DNA of 64,000 nt from Mobula birostris (lineage: Eukaryota): assembly GCF_030028105.1 (NCBI RefSeq), contig NC_092383.1:86571921-86635920 (forward strand), given 5' to 3'. Below are positions 12,120 to 22,331 of this stretch, one piece after another. The notes under the pieces are model-generated. The model was not told the DNA's origin, did not search any database, and saw only the letters and a program-made list of their open reading frames with translations. Positions within the stretch are counted from its first letter, which is position 1. Every line of letters starts with the position of its first letter. The position numbers and the translations under genes are program-made.

Positions 12120-12750
12120 AGTCAAACAGAAAGGCACCATTTTGTTCACGCTCTTTGCCTCCTGCCAGCCAGCCGATCCTCTTTCCATTCTAGAATCTTT
12201 CCAGTACTACTGTGGTTTCTTCTTCAGCAGCTTCAAGTGTGGCACCTTGTCAAAGGCCTTCTAAAAATCCAAGTAAGCAATATCCACTTTGTCTATCCTG
12301 CCTGTAATTTCCTCAAAGAGTCTTAACTGATTTTTCAGGCTAGATTTCCCCTGTATGAAACCATATTTAATCATGTGCCTTCAAGTAACCCAAAACCTCA
12401 TCCTTGATAATGGACTCCAACACCTTCACAACCACTGAAGTCAGGCTAACTGGTCTTTAGCTCCCTTTCATTTGCCTCCCTCTATTCTTAAAGAGTGGAG
12501 GAACATTCCCAATTTTTCAGTCCTAGAAAACCATTCCAGAATCCAGTTATTCTTTAAAGATCACTTCTTATGCCTCCACAATCTCTTCAGCTGCCTCCTT
12601 CAGAACACTGGGGTGTAGTCTATCTGGTCCAGGCAACCTATTGACCTTCAGACCTCTCAGTTTTCCAAGCACCTTCTCCTTAGTAGTAGCAACTACACTC
12701 ACTCCTGCCCCCTGACATTCTCGAATTTCTTTCATACTGCTTGTTCAGAG
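12120..12750 (-). mobile_element. CR1 RT fragment
   Basis: gtggcaccttgtcaaaggccttc is the reverse complement of the KAFDKVPH motif; further degenerate ORF2 sequence follows. Confidence 0.75.
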
Positions 12751-13079
12751 TCCTTCCTTTTGTTTATATGACAGTGTCACTGTCTCACAACTGGACACCC
12801 ATTCTCACATCTTCAATGCAGAAGTCACAAGTATGAATGGAATTCTTTCTTTTTCATGGAGGTGCAAGTCCAACTATGTTTGAGATGCTCCACATCTTCC
12901 AGGAGGAAGTGACAGACTTAACTGTTTACTGCACTTTATTTCTACCCCATGGAGGCTGCAATGTGTAGCTTCTACAAATGCAAAGACATACCTTACTCTC
13001 ACTAGAAGTATAAGAGCAGCAGTAACAGAGTAACAAAAAGAAATATTTAAATGTATCCTCTCTTGAAAGTAGAACTTAC

Positions 13080-13395
13080 TGGTGCCATTGATTTCTGTCA
13101 CGTAACTGCAGATCTCTCCGTTGTTGAAGACTGTCACTTTTTGCACTGTATTTTACTCCAAGCTTACTCGAGGCTTTGCAGTAATATTGATGGTGCTGCT
13201 GGTTGAAGGATTGACAACATAGAGCCTGTTTATTGGTATCTGAGATCTTTGGATGCCCAGATGAGGTTTGTTCATACCATGTGTACTGAATGGGAAGGGA
13301 TCCCTGGAGAGACTCACAGGAAACTGACACTGAGCCCCCAAGACGGGAGACATTTGCTGGTGACAGATATCGAAGCACAGGAACAGACACAGGTT
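13080..13395 (-). pseudogene. Gene A exon C2a (C2-type Ig) carrying a 5-nt deletion frameshift
   Basis: Acceptor cttcccacag|AA at 13395, donor A|GTAAGT at 13080. 316 nt versus 321 nt in paralog 51909-52229 (AGTGCAAAAAGTGACA vs AGTGCAATGGTTACTGCGACA). Confidence 0.85.
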
Positions 13396-13446
13396 CTGTG
13401 GGAAGGAATTCAACAATCAGACTCTGAATGAACATCTGAAAATCAA

Positions 13447-14000
13447 ACACTCTTCTGCCACTTTATTAGCTACACCTGTTCATCTGGTCATTAATGCAAA
13501 TATCAGATTAGTCATTTATGTGGCAGCAACACAGTCCATAAAATCATGCAGACATGGTCAAGATGTCTGGTTGCTGTTTAGGCAAAACATCAGAATAGAG
13601 AGGAAATGTGCTCTTAGTGACTTTGACTGTGGAATAATAGTTGGTGGCAGATGGAGAGGTCTGAGCATCTCAGAAACTGTTGACCTCCTGGGATGTTCAG
13701 GCACAACTCTCTCCAGAGTTTACACAGAACGGTGCAAAAAAACCAGAAAGTATCCAGTGAGCAGCAATTCTGTGATCAAAAATGCCTTCTTTATGAGAGA
13801 GGTCAGAGGAGAATGGCCGGACTGGTTCAAGCTGACAGAAAGATGACAGGAGTTTAAATAACCATGTGTTATGACGGTGGTGTGCAGAAGAGTATCTGAA
13901 CCTTGAAGTGAGTGGGTCAGAGCGGCAGAAGACCATGAATGTACACTCAGTGGCCTATTTATTAGTTATGAAGATACCTAATGAAGTGGCCATTGAGTGC
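13447..14000 (+). mobile_element. Tc1/mariner non-autonomous remnant in the V-C2a intron
   Basis: Degenerate TIRs (cactc..gccactttattagctacacct / agatacctaatgaagtggccattgagtg) and paired-like HTH fragment LSDFDCGIIVGGRWRGLSISETVDLLG. Orthologous copy at about 52280-52830. Confidence 0.8.
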
Positions 14001-14353
14001 TTAAAGGCAGCAACTTGTGAGATATCCGTCACATGTTTGGTGGCTTTCATGAGAAAATGACCTGCCGTAGAAAGGGAAATATTTGGCACTGATATTAATG
14101 CAATGGTAGTTAGGGATGGACAGTGTCTGGACAAAGATCTTGTAATCTGTGCAGAGGCTGAGCAGGAGGAGGAGAAGAATGCTGTTCTTCAGACACATCC
14201 ACGAGATGGGCATTTCTCCATTCAACAAGCTTCACCCTGGGATCAGCACATTGTCACTCCCCAGGACATCTAATGCACAGACCCTTCCCGGAGAAAACAT
14301 GGATGAGACATTTATTCTACTGAAGGGACAAAGTCAATCACTGAGAAACCTAC

Positions 14354-14674
14354 CTTCATGTACTTCTAGATGTAAATAATATCTCGTATCAAGACCTGGT
14401 GTTCTAATTCCACAGCTGTACCATCCTGTATCTCCAGAGTGGTGATCATCCACAGTAACAGTAAATATTTTCTGTTCTGGGTTATCTGTGATTGACACTC
14501 GTCCACTCCGTCTGTGCTGCCCATTTGTTTCCACTAAAACTGAACACAGTGGAGTCCATCCATCACACCAATACTTTTTGTGTGAGCGGTGCTTTTCTTC
14601 ATAGTGACAATCGATTGTGATCGCTCTTCCCAAAACTCCTTTTACATATTTCTCTGCCCACAATGCACCTGAAA
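14354..14674 (-). CDS. Gene A exon: CD300/pIgR-like V-set Ig domain
   Basis: Acceptor ctccctcag|TT at 14674, donor G|GTAGGT at 14354; 321 nt open. ITIDC..KYWC-x6-C..GRVSITDN..FTVT..DTGWYSC, with the extra C-C' disulfide typical of CD300/pIgR/TREM domains. Confidence 0.9.
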
Positions 14675-14859
14675 CTGAGGGAGGCATTTTCAGTTTTGAG
14701 GGGAAAGGACCAATTAATGCAAACTAATATTTTTGAACATGACGATAAAAAACCCGTCCAGGTCACGTCCAGCAAGTGGCACGTGTTACCACGGCTAATG
14801 ATTTTGGTGTGAAGTGCAGTCAGTGCTGTTACTGTGTCAGCTGTGTCAGTGCTCTCTCC

Positions 14860-14960
14860 CCTGTGTCAGTACATTGTGGGTTCACTTCCCACTCCAGAGC
14901 CCTGAGCAGAAACCCAGGGCTGACCCTCCAGTGCAGTACTGGGGGACAGCGGCAATATTA
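14860..14960 (+). mobile_element. Shark DeuSINE-like SINE fragment (shared with 53540-53640)
   Basis: tgggttcacttcccactccagagccctgagcagaaacccagggctgaccctccagtgcagtactg; family assignment from recall, not from a search. Confidence 0.4.
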
Positions 14961-15179
14961 AACTTTCAATTACCTCCTATCAGCCCTTCAAATGTACACA
15001 AAGTTCCCAAAGGATTAATTTGGAATACTCCCAGATTTTTGTGTGTGTGTGTCTCAGATTCCAGGAAATTGGAACTGGAGGCGGAGCCTAACGGCAACTC
15101 CTTTGCTGACATTTTGGAAACATCTCTATTTCTATCTTTTGATAGCTCTTTTTTCCCTCTCAAGATTCTTCTGTAGTCC

Positions 15180-15860
15180 CTGACCTGAAGGTTACACACT
15201 CAATTCAGTTCTTGGTGGAAATGGGACCTGCTTTCGGGGCCTCACGACTGGTCGCTTTTCGATATGCCAAGGATGCAGCCTGGAAGGTCAGCGCGCCTTC
15301 AGGGTGCCGGCTTTTCGTGGCTCTGGAGGCAGGCGGATTCAAGGCTGGTGAGTCGTGGGAGTACACGGAAGATCGTAAGCGGCGAGCTGGCTGCAGGTTG
15401 TGTGCCCAGAGGCCCGAGCCTTTTGGGCACAGGGCTTGGAAAATACAACACAACAGAATTTTAACACCATAAATCAGCAAGTCGCTTTGTTATGCCTCCC
15501 TTCTACCTGTGAAACAGGGACACCTCTTTTCCCTTATTAGGGAGCGAGAGCGCCTGCGGTATGTTGAATTACCGGGTGAATGAATAGTCTTTGGGGTACT
15601 GCAAGTCTGTGTCTTTATTTATGCTTTGCTGCATGCTTGAGTGCTCAGTGGGTGGGGTGTTGATGCTTTTTTGCTGGTGGGGGAGGGGGGATCATTGCTT
15701 TGCTGCTGCTTATGCGTGAGAGGGGGAGTTGGGGGGTTCTTTGGGGTTCTAACATTTAATTGTCATTCATTCTTTGAGGCATTCCTCTGTTTTTGTGGAT
15801 GTATGCTCAGAAAAAGAATTTCAGGATGTACATTAAATGTATCTATTGAAACTGATTGAG
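15180..15860 (+). mobile_element. Unclassified interspersed repeat inserted in gene A intron 1
   Basis: GC-rich head plus LINE-like 3' tail; absent from the paralogous intron of gene B. Confidence 0.45.
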
Positions 15861-16499
15861 CTGGAAGTTGGTAGGATCATTTGAGATCATGTTTCAGTCC
15901 TCTCCATTAGGCTGGTGTCCTGATTTACTCCTCACTTACAGACCAGTTTATAAACTGCAGAAAGAAACCCCTCATGATGTCTAAAACCAGGCCCTCTGGT
16001 TCTGATGGAAACTTTATATTTTGTACCTATCAAGTATTTCTCTGTGTAATTAGAAGGTGGTGCAATAGTGGTCATTAGTACTTTAGTGTCTAGAAATCCA
16101 GGTGCAATTTTAATTTCTTTAAGGATACATTAAGAGTTTATGTAGATAATTTATTAATTATTTCTGGATTAAAAACACATATCAATAATGATAATGATCA
16201 ACTACCAGACTGTCAAAATCCCATCTGGATCAGAAAGGCCTTTCAGGACAGAAATCTTTCATCCCTACACACCCTGGTTTACCTTTGACTCTAGATCTAG
16301 TAATGTTCTTTACTAATTGCCCCACTGAAATGGTCCAGGAATGACACTGATTTCAAGACAATAATCTCATAGTGATCCCTACATTGTGAAATCAGATTCC
16401 AGAAATGGCAGACCTGATGTTCTCGCTTAACAGCCACCAGGAGATTTCTCCACCTGGACATATTCTCTCCTGACTGACTCCATACTATTCCCCTTTTCT

Positions 16500-16760
16500 C
16501 CTTATCTGCTTCACCTCTCACCCACTTGAAACTCCACACCTTCCCCTCTCCATTCTATTTGCCGACTGTGCTTCACCCCTCCTCAATCCCCTACCACCTA
16601 GTGGACCCAGTCTCACACCTCCCCCTCTTCTATTTACACTCTATCCCTCTCCACTCACACGTGACGCAGGGTCTCGACCCAAACCGTTGACATTTCCCCT
16701 CTCCCTGAAAGAAGCTGCTTGACCCATTGAGTTCCTCCAGGAGTGAACTCTGAACTCCAG
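16500..16760 (+). mobile_element. Penelope-like terminal remnant with degenerate hammerhead motif (orthologs near 54400-54620 and 63500-63650)
   Basis: Pyrimidine-rich run, then gtgacgcagggtctcgacccaaaccgttgac and gctgcttgacccattgagttcctccag. Confidence 0.55.
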
Positions 16761-16869
16761 TTTCTGACATCTTTAGTGTCTACAGGTATTCAAATACTGT
16801 TCTGAAAATGGTGTATGACCCCCAAACCAAAACTGATGATGCAAATGTCCAGCGCAGTTTGTTACTCAC

Positions 16870-16906
16870 CGGGTAGGAAACCAATCAGAAGAACTGAAGT
16901 CCACAT
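16870..16906 (-). CDS. Gene A exon 1: signal peptide MWTSVLLIGFLP
   Basis: ATG at 16906, donor G|GTGAGT at 16870 (phase 1); joins V exon to give LPVSGALW. Paralogous leaders at 54740-54779 and 63744-63780. Confidence 0.88.
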
Positions 16907-16959
16907 CTTTTTATTCGCAGAGACCCAGCCAGGACCTATCTGTCCTCAGAGAGAAATAG

Positions 16960-17035
16960 CTGGGAAATAAAAATGAGGAAGAAAGCAGCAGGGAGTTTGA
17001 TCAAAAACCACAACTGGAGAGTAGGAAGTGACGAT
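16960..17035 (-). promoter_or_regulatory. Putative TATA-less leukocyte promoter of gene A (Ets and RUNX motifs)
   Basis: GAGGAAG near 16975, AACCACA at 17006-17012, AGGAAGT at 17023-17029; similar motifs upstream of the other two leaders. Confidence 0.45.
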
Positions 17036-17134
17036 CTTCAAAGCTTTTAGCTATATTTAGCAAGAGAGAAACTTTCAAACAGTTCCCAAGGATTAAATTA
17101 AATGCTGAGAAGAGCTAAAATATCAGGATTAGAA

Positions 17135-17989
17135 AATATATCAACGGGATGAGTTGCAACATAAAAGGCAGACAAAATTGAAAAGAGTGAATACAGGACT
17201 GAAGGTGTTATATCTGAATGTGCGCAGTATACAAAATGAGGTAGATGATCTTGCAGCACAGTTGAGGATTGGTAGGTGTGATGTTGTAGGCATCACTGAA
17301 TCATGCTGAGAAAAGATTCTAGCTGGAAATTGAATGTCCTGGGATACATATTGTATCGAAAAGACAGGCAGGAAGGAAGATGAGGTGGGCTGGCTTTATT
17401 GGTAAAACATGAAATCAAATCATTAGAAATAGATGACATATGGTCGGGCAGCTTTGAATCATTGTGGGTAGAACTAAGGAACTGCAAAGGTAAAAAGACA
17501 CTGATGGGAGTTGTATACAGACACCCAAACAGTAGTAAGGATGTGGTCTGCAAGTTACAACAGGAGATAGAAAATGCATGCCAAAAGGGCAATGTTACAA
17601 CAGCCACAAAATGCTGCAGGAACTCAACAGGCCAGATAGCATCTATGGGCCAAAATGTCGACTGTACTTTTTTCCATAGATGCTGCCTGGCCTGCTGAGT
17701 TCCTCCAGCATTTTGGGTGTGTTGCTCAGACTGCCAGCACCTTCAGGTTTTCTCGTGAATGTTACAACGGTCATGGGAGACTTCAGTGTGCAGGTAGATT
17801 GGGAAAATCAGGTTGGTGCCGGTTTCCAGGATGGAGAATTTCTGGAGTGCCTATGAGATGTCTTTTTAGAGCAGTTTGTGGCTAAGCTCACTAGGGGATC
17901 AGTTATTCTGGATTGGGTGTTGTGCAATGAACCTGGATTGATTTGACAGATTAAGGTAAAAGAACCCTAAGAAAAACTAATCATAATAT
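17135..17989 (+). mobile_element. CR1 ORF2 endonuclease fragment interrupted by a palindromic Penelope-derived element (about 17598-17755)
   Basis: VELRNCKGKKTLMGVVYRHPNSS; insert has inverted arms aaaatgctgcaggaactcaacaggccag / ctggcctgctgagttcctccagcatttt. Confidence 0.75.
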
Positions 17990-19100
17990 TGTGACACCGC
18001 CCCTGAATTTCTAATGACCAGCACTATTTATTGCTCTTGTGTTCAAATGTTTTTATGGGATTATGGTGGGAAGTTCCAGTTCTTTTATTGTTACATTTTA
18101 GCTTGGATTATACAGTTATTTGCTTGTGTATTTGTGGGTCACCCTAACTGCAATGGAGGTGTGTGATGGTTACCTCCCCCATCTGTATGAGACTGGTTGG
18201 GTTCACTCTCCGGGTCATGGTTCCTAGACTGTTTTGGGTTTATAACAATACAATGGTTGTTGAGTTCAATGAGTTTCCTCGTCTGTCATTGTGGACCAAA
18301 TGTTCGCCACGTTGGTATCAGGAGTGGGATGCAAAATTGACAATGAGATTGAAGGGCTACGACGTTGTATAGAGTGCCTTAAGACACGCGTAATAAGTCC
18401 AGGGCCGAGCAGTATGCCTGCCCCGTACCGAGCTCATGAGATGAGACCCCAGGGAGGACCTGGGAACCGAGCTTCGTGCCTTCCCAGGGAGCCCCGACGG
18501 AGAGAGCGTACCAGTCAACCCAACCTGGCGGACACGGCGGAGCGCAACACCCGCCTCTGTCACGACCCGCACCAGGGAATGCAAGATGTCGTAGCCATGG
18601 GAGGATGGGCATGAGGCAGATGCTGCTGGAGCAAGAGGAAGACCAAAGGGCCTCAACGATTAGCGCCACAAGATCAACCCTGGAGCTCCCCAGATACAAC
18701 AGTCCAGCCGCCCGGAGCAAGTCAAACTTGCCTCATGGCACAACAGGTAGAGCCCGCCGAGGTGGCTGTGCACTTTTCCGTGGTGCTGGAGGGGTAGACC
18801 CTGTGAGCCCTCATCGACCTAACGCTAGACAAGCAGCATGACTATCGGGCCCTTGTATCAGTGCTGGAGCGCTGTTTCGAGCAATGAGGGAAGAACTGTG
18901 CCACAGACGGTGCAGTACGGAGAAAGCTTGGGGGCCCCTGCGGCAGATCACAGCCACTGTACTCAGCAAGGCTACCGCCAGTTCCCTCCTGCAGCCCAGG
19001 AAGAGCTTGCCCTCTGCACTTTTGTAAACGCCTTCGGCAGCATGTTTGCCCAACATCGGCAGAATCATTGGCTGGGGCAGAGAGGGCAGAAGCAATCTTA
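17990..19100 (+). mobile_element. Truncated Gypsy LTR retrotransposon: 5' LTR, tRNA-Leu-like PBS, degenerate gag
   Basis: Starts TGTGACACC; TGGTATCAGGAGTGGGAT at 18313-18330; gag-like fragments PRYN, QVKLASWHN, GESLGAPAAD..QQGYRQFPPAAQEELAL. Confidence 0.75.
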
Positions 19101-19698
19101 GTCCCCCAGAGACATCCCTTTTGAACAGCGATGAAGAGGTAGGAAATAGGTGTGATGTAGAAGGGGCCTTTCATGGAAACTCAGCATACAGTACTCCACT
19201 TCATTCCCTCTCTAAAGGCTGTGCCCACTCTTTAAAGTAACTCTTAGAGCTCACCTCTTCTGAATTCTTTTCCCTCCGTTGGTGCAATTTCAAGAGCTCT
19301 GATGTGATTTCACTTTGCTTTAGTTAGATGTGAGGGGAAACCTACTGAATGGAATTACACATTCACAATGGGTAAAAGCCACGTCGGAACTGTTCCTAAA
19401 CCAACTCGGCTCCACTTTGACAGGAAATGGTCTGTGTAAGTAGACAACCGCTGTAGTTTCTATTTCTCATAGAATCATAGGGCAAAGTAAATGGACAGGT
19501 CACACTTGTCTAAGGAGAAGACATTTTTATCTTACCTAATTCACCTCCATATCCTAACTCTGCATACTTTTGCACAGATTCTCAGTTGCTAGCTTCCCAA
19601 TATTCCTGTTCACCTGGTTAGATCTTTCAATGTTAGTCAAAGTGTGATCTATCCAGATTCATACTGTGCGATTCCCTGAGGCAGATGAAGTCTTAGAG

Positions 19699-20806
19699 TG
19701 TCATGGTCCAGTCAGTGAAGTCTGCATTTCTGTTCACGGTCCAGTCCATCAATGCTTGTTCTGGGTTTTCCTGTTTTCTCTCTTGTTCTGTTGGGTGCCT
19801 TAATTGAGGCACCTGATTCTCAATTCGGCCTGGCACATAAATACCTCTGCAAACCTAGGGATTGTTTTGGCTGGACTGTTCCCTTCCCTTCCTTCTGAAA
19901 CCTTTGCCTGCAACCTTGTCAAGTTCAGCCGCCGGAGTGAGACCAGAGCCTTGCCGTGCCAAGAGAGGGAACAATCTGTCATTGAGTTTGGAACTGTCTC
20001 TTTGTGTCCCTCTGTTTAGTTTCCATGTTCTGTGTACAAGTCCCAACCCTACATCTTGTGCTTCCCAAGGAGGAGTCCTGACTCTGTGGTTCCTGTTCCT
20101 GTGCTCAAATCCAAAGCTCTCTGTTGCTGTGTTCCAAGACCAAGTCCAGGCGCCGTGTTCCAGCCTTGTCTAAGTCTGATCTTTGTGTCCTTATCCAGTT
20201 CTGGTGCCTCGCCCAGCCCAGTGCTGGAGATTCCTCATCCTGTGCTGGATCGCCCAATCCAAATCCTCAGCAGACATCCCTGCCCTGTGCTCCAAGGAGG
20301 AGTCCCAGCTCCGTACCCAAGAGCCTAACCAAGCCGAGTCCAAGAGCCGAGCCAAATCTAGTTCAAAAGCCACGTCCTGTGCTGGAGTTCCCTCATCCAG
20401 TCCAGGAGTCCCTCGGCCTATCCAAGCCACATTCAAGAACCTCGTGCTGTGCAGGAGTTCCACATCCTGTCCTTGCCGAGATCCTAGTCCTGAGTCCCAG
20501 CCTAGACCCGGGTTCTGGTTCCGAGTCAAGACTCAGGTTCCAAGTCCCAACTAAGACCCAGGTTCCGGGTCTTTGTCCAGGCTCTGGTTGCAAGTTCCTA
20601 GTCCAGGCTCTTTGTTCCTCATTCCACATCCGGGTTCCGTGCTTCTAGCCCAAGTCCTAGCCCAGGCCCTGAATCCTCGCCCAGGGCCTGTGTCAATGTC
20701 CAGCATTGTTTCTTCCCTTGCTTTCCTGACAAACCTAGTCCTGTTCCTAGAACTTCAGTGTCTGTGTCTTGCATTTGGGTCCGCTACCAGAGCCCCCCTT
20801 GTAACA
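19699..20806. mobile_element. Solo LTR-like insertion with internal short tandem repeats, specific to copy A
   Basis: TGTCATGG...TGTAACA termini; empty site at 56891-56910 in the paralogous block; repeated ccaagtcc, cctagtcc and gagttcctcatcc motifs. Confidence 0.75.
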
Positions 20807-21689
20807 GAGAGAGCTTCAGTACAAGGGATAACAATTCTCACATGTCACACTTGTTGGAGAAACAATACAGGATCAGAATCAAAATCAAGTTTCATATCAC
20901 TGGCATACTGTATGTCCTGAAATTATCTGTATCGGCACCATCTTGGAGTTTAACTAAACAATGTTAATTGTTCAACTGCCTGGACTGCTGAGCTCCCCCG
21001 GCATTTTGTGTGTGTTGTTTCATTGTTCAATCTTAATTTCATTGCAGTGCGAGGGTTGAGATGATCCAAGAATGTGGCTGATTTATATTGTCCTGAATTT
21101 TCGTTGCTGATTTTGCAATTGTTTATAAACACTGAATTTCACATTGTACAGAAATGGATAAATGATAAAAATAATTCAGTATAGATAGAGAGCTTTTGTT
21201 ACTTTGAGTTTGTTACATGTGTTTTAGGAGAAAACAGTGCAGTATATTAGCCATGAATGTATGTCTGCTTAAATTCTGTACATTGGGATATAGTATGAGT
21301 GCTGACTCTGTTGTATCAGTCACTACTGTCATCTGTGTAATTTTCACTCTCAGCAAAAGATGTGGTTAGAACTTCTGTCTTCTTTATTTATCTTCCCAAA
21401 CAGAATATAGGGAAGTACCAGTAGATGCTATATATAAACAAATTGTTCTACCCTCTTCCTGTATTTTCCCATCACTTTTTGGAAAACTTCTCAATAACCA
21501 TTGTGCTATATGCTGATGAGAGCAAGTGCAGAGATGCAAAATATCTTCAGATCAGCATTTTTGTTTCAGCAAGATCACTGAACAACAATAATAATTCCAT
21601 GAAGTAAAGGCCTTTTGACCTTTGTGTTTAAAATTAATCCCAATCCTGTGCACAGCTGTAAACACAACTATGGGATCATAAAATGTTTT

Positions 21690-22280
21690 CCAGTTGGTTT
21701 TTGGGAAGTTATCAAAGAACTGAGGCTTTATAAGGTATTGGTCAGACTGCACTTGGAATATGTTGAACAGTTTAGGAAACCCTATCTATGAAAGGATGTG
21801 CTGTATTTGGAGAGGGTCCAGAGGAGATTCATGGGAATGATCCCAGGAATGAGCAAGGTTAACACATGAGGAGCGTTTGATGGCTCTGGGCCTGTACTTG
21901 CTGGAGTTTAGAAAAATGAGGGGGAAATTTCATTGGAATCTCTTGAATAGTGAAAGGCCTGGATGGAGTGTATGTGGAGACGATGTTTCCTATCATGGGG
22001 GAGTCTCCGATACAATGACATCCCTTTTGAACAGAGATGAGAAAGAATTTCTTTAGTCAGAGAGTGGTGAACCTGTGGAATTCATTGAAAAAGAAGGCTG
22101 TGGAGACTACGTCATTGTGAATATTTAAAGTGGATGTTGGTGGTTCTTGATTAGTAAGGGTGTTGAAGGTTATGTGGAGAATGGGGCTGAGGTGGATAAT
22201 AAGTCAGCCATTATAGAATGGTGGCACAGACTGATAGGCTGAATGGCCTAATTATGTTCCTGGAATATTGTCTTCTGGTC
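21690..22280 (+). mobile_element. CR1 3' fragment (ortholog at about 59210-59750)
   Basis: Degenerate RPHLEY..ERVQRRF..LYSLEFR sequence and CR1 3' UTR. Confidence 0.75.
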
Positions 22281-22331
22281 TTATGCTCTTAAGTGATGGA
22301 ACAATGAAGGCAGATGATGGAACAATTTGTT

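Noticed and set aside
12874-13079. Hydrophobic read-through after C2a (SVTAALILLVRVRYVFAFV) as a TM segment
   Set aside because: Lies in AT-rich intron after a perfect GTAAGT donor; the paralog has a stop three codons past the donor.
19633-19675. Phase-2 terminal exon candidate ESHSMNLDRSHFD-stop (paralog 56838-56880)
   Set aside because: Only 5 differences between copies (2 synonymous), consistent with neutral duplicated DNA; no upstream exon link demonstrable.
19800-20920. Multiple long Pro/Ser-rich ORFs
   Set aside because: Artefacts of low-complexity repeats inside the solo LTR-like insertion.
21425-21607. Similar plus-strand ORFs in both duplicates (KCRD..SIFVSARSLNNNNN)
   Set aside because: Explained by segmental duplication; split by a CR1 in the second copy; no recognisable domain.
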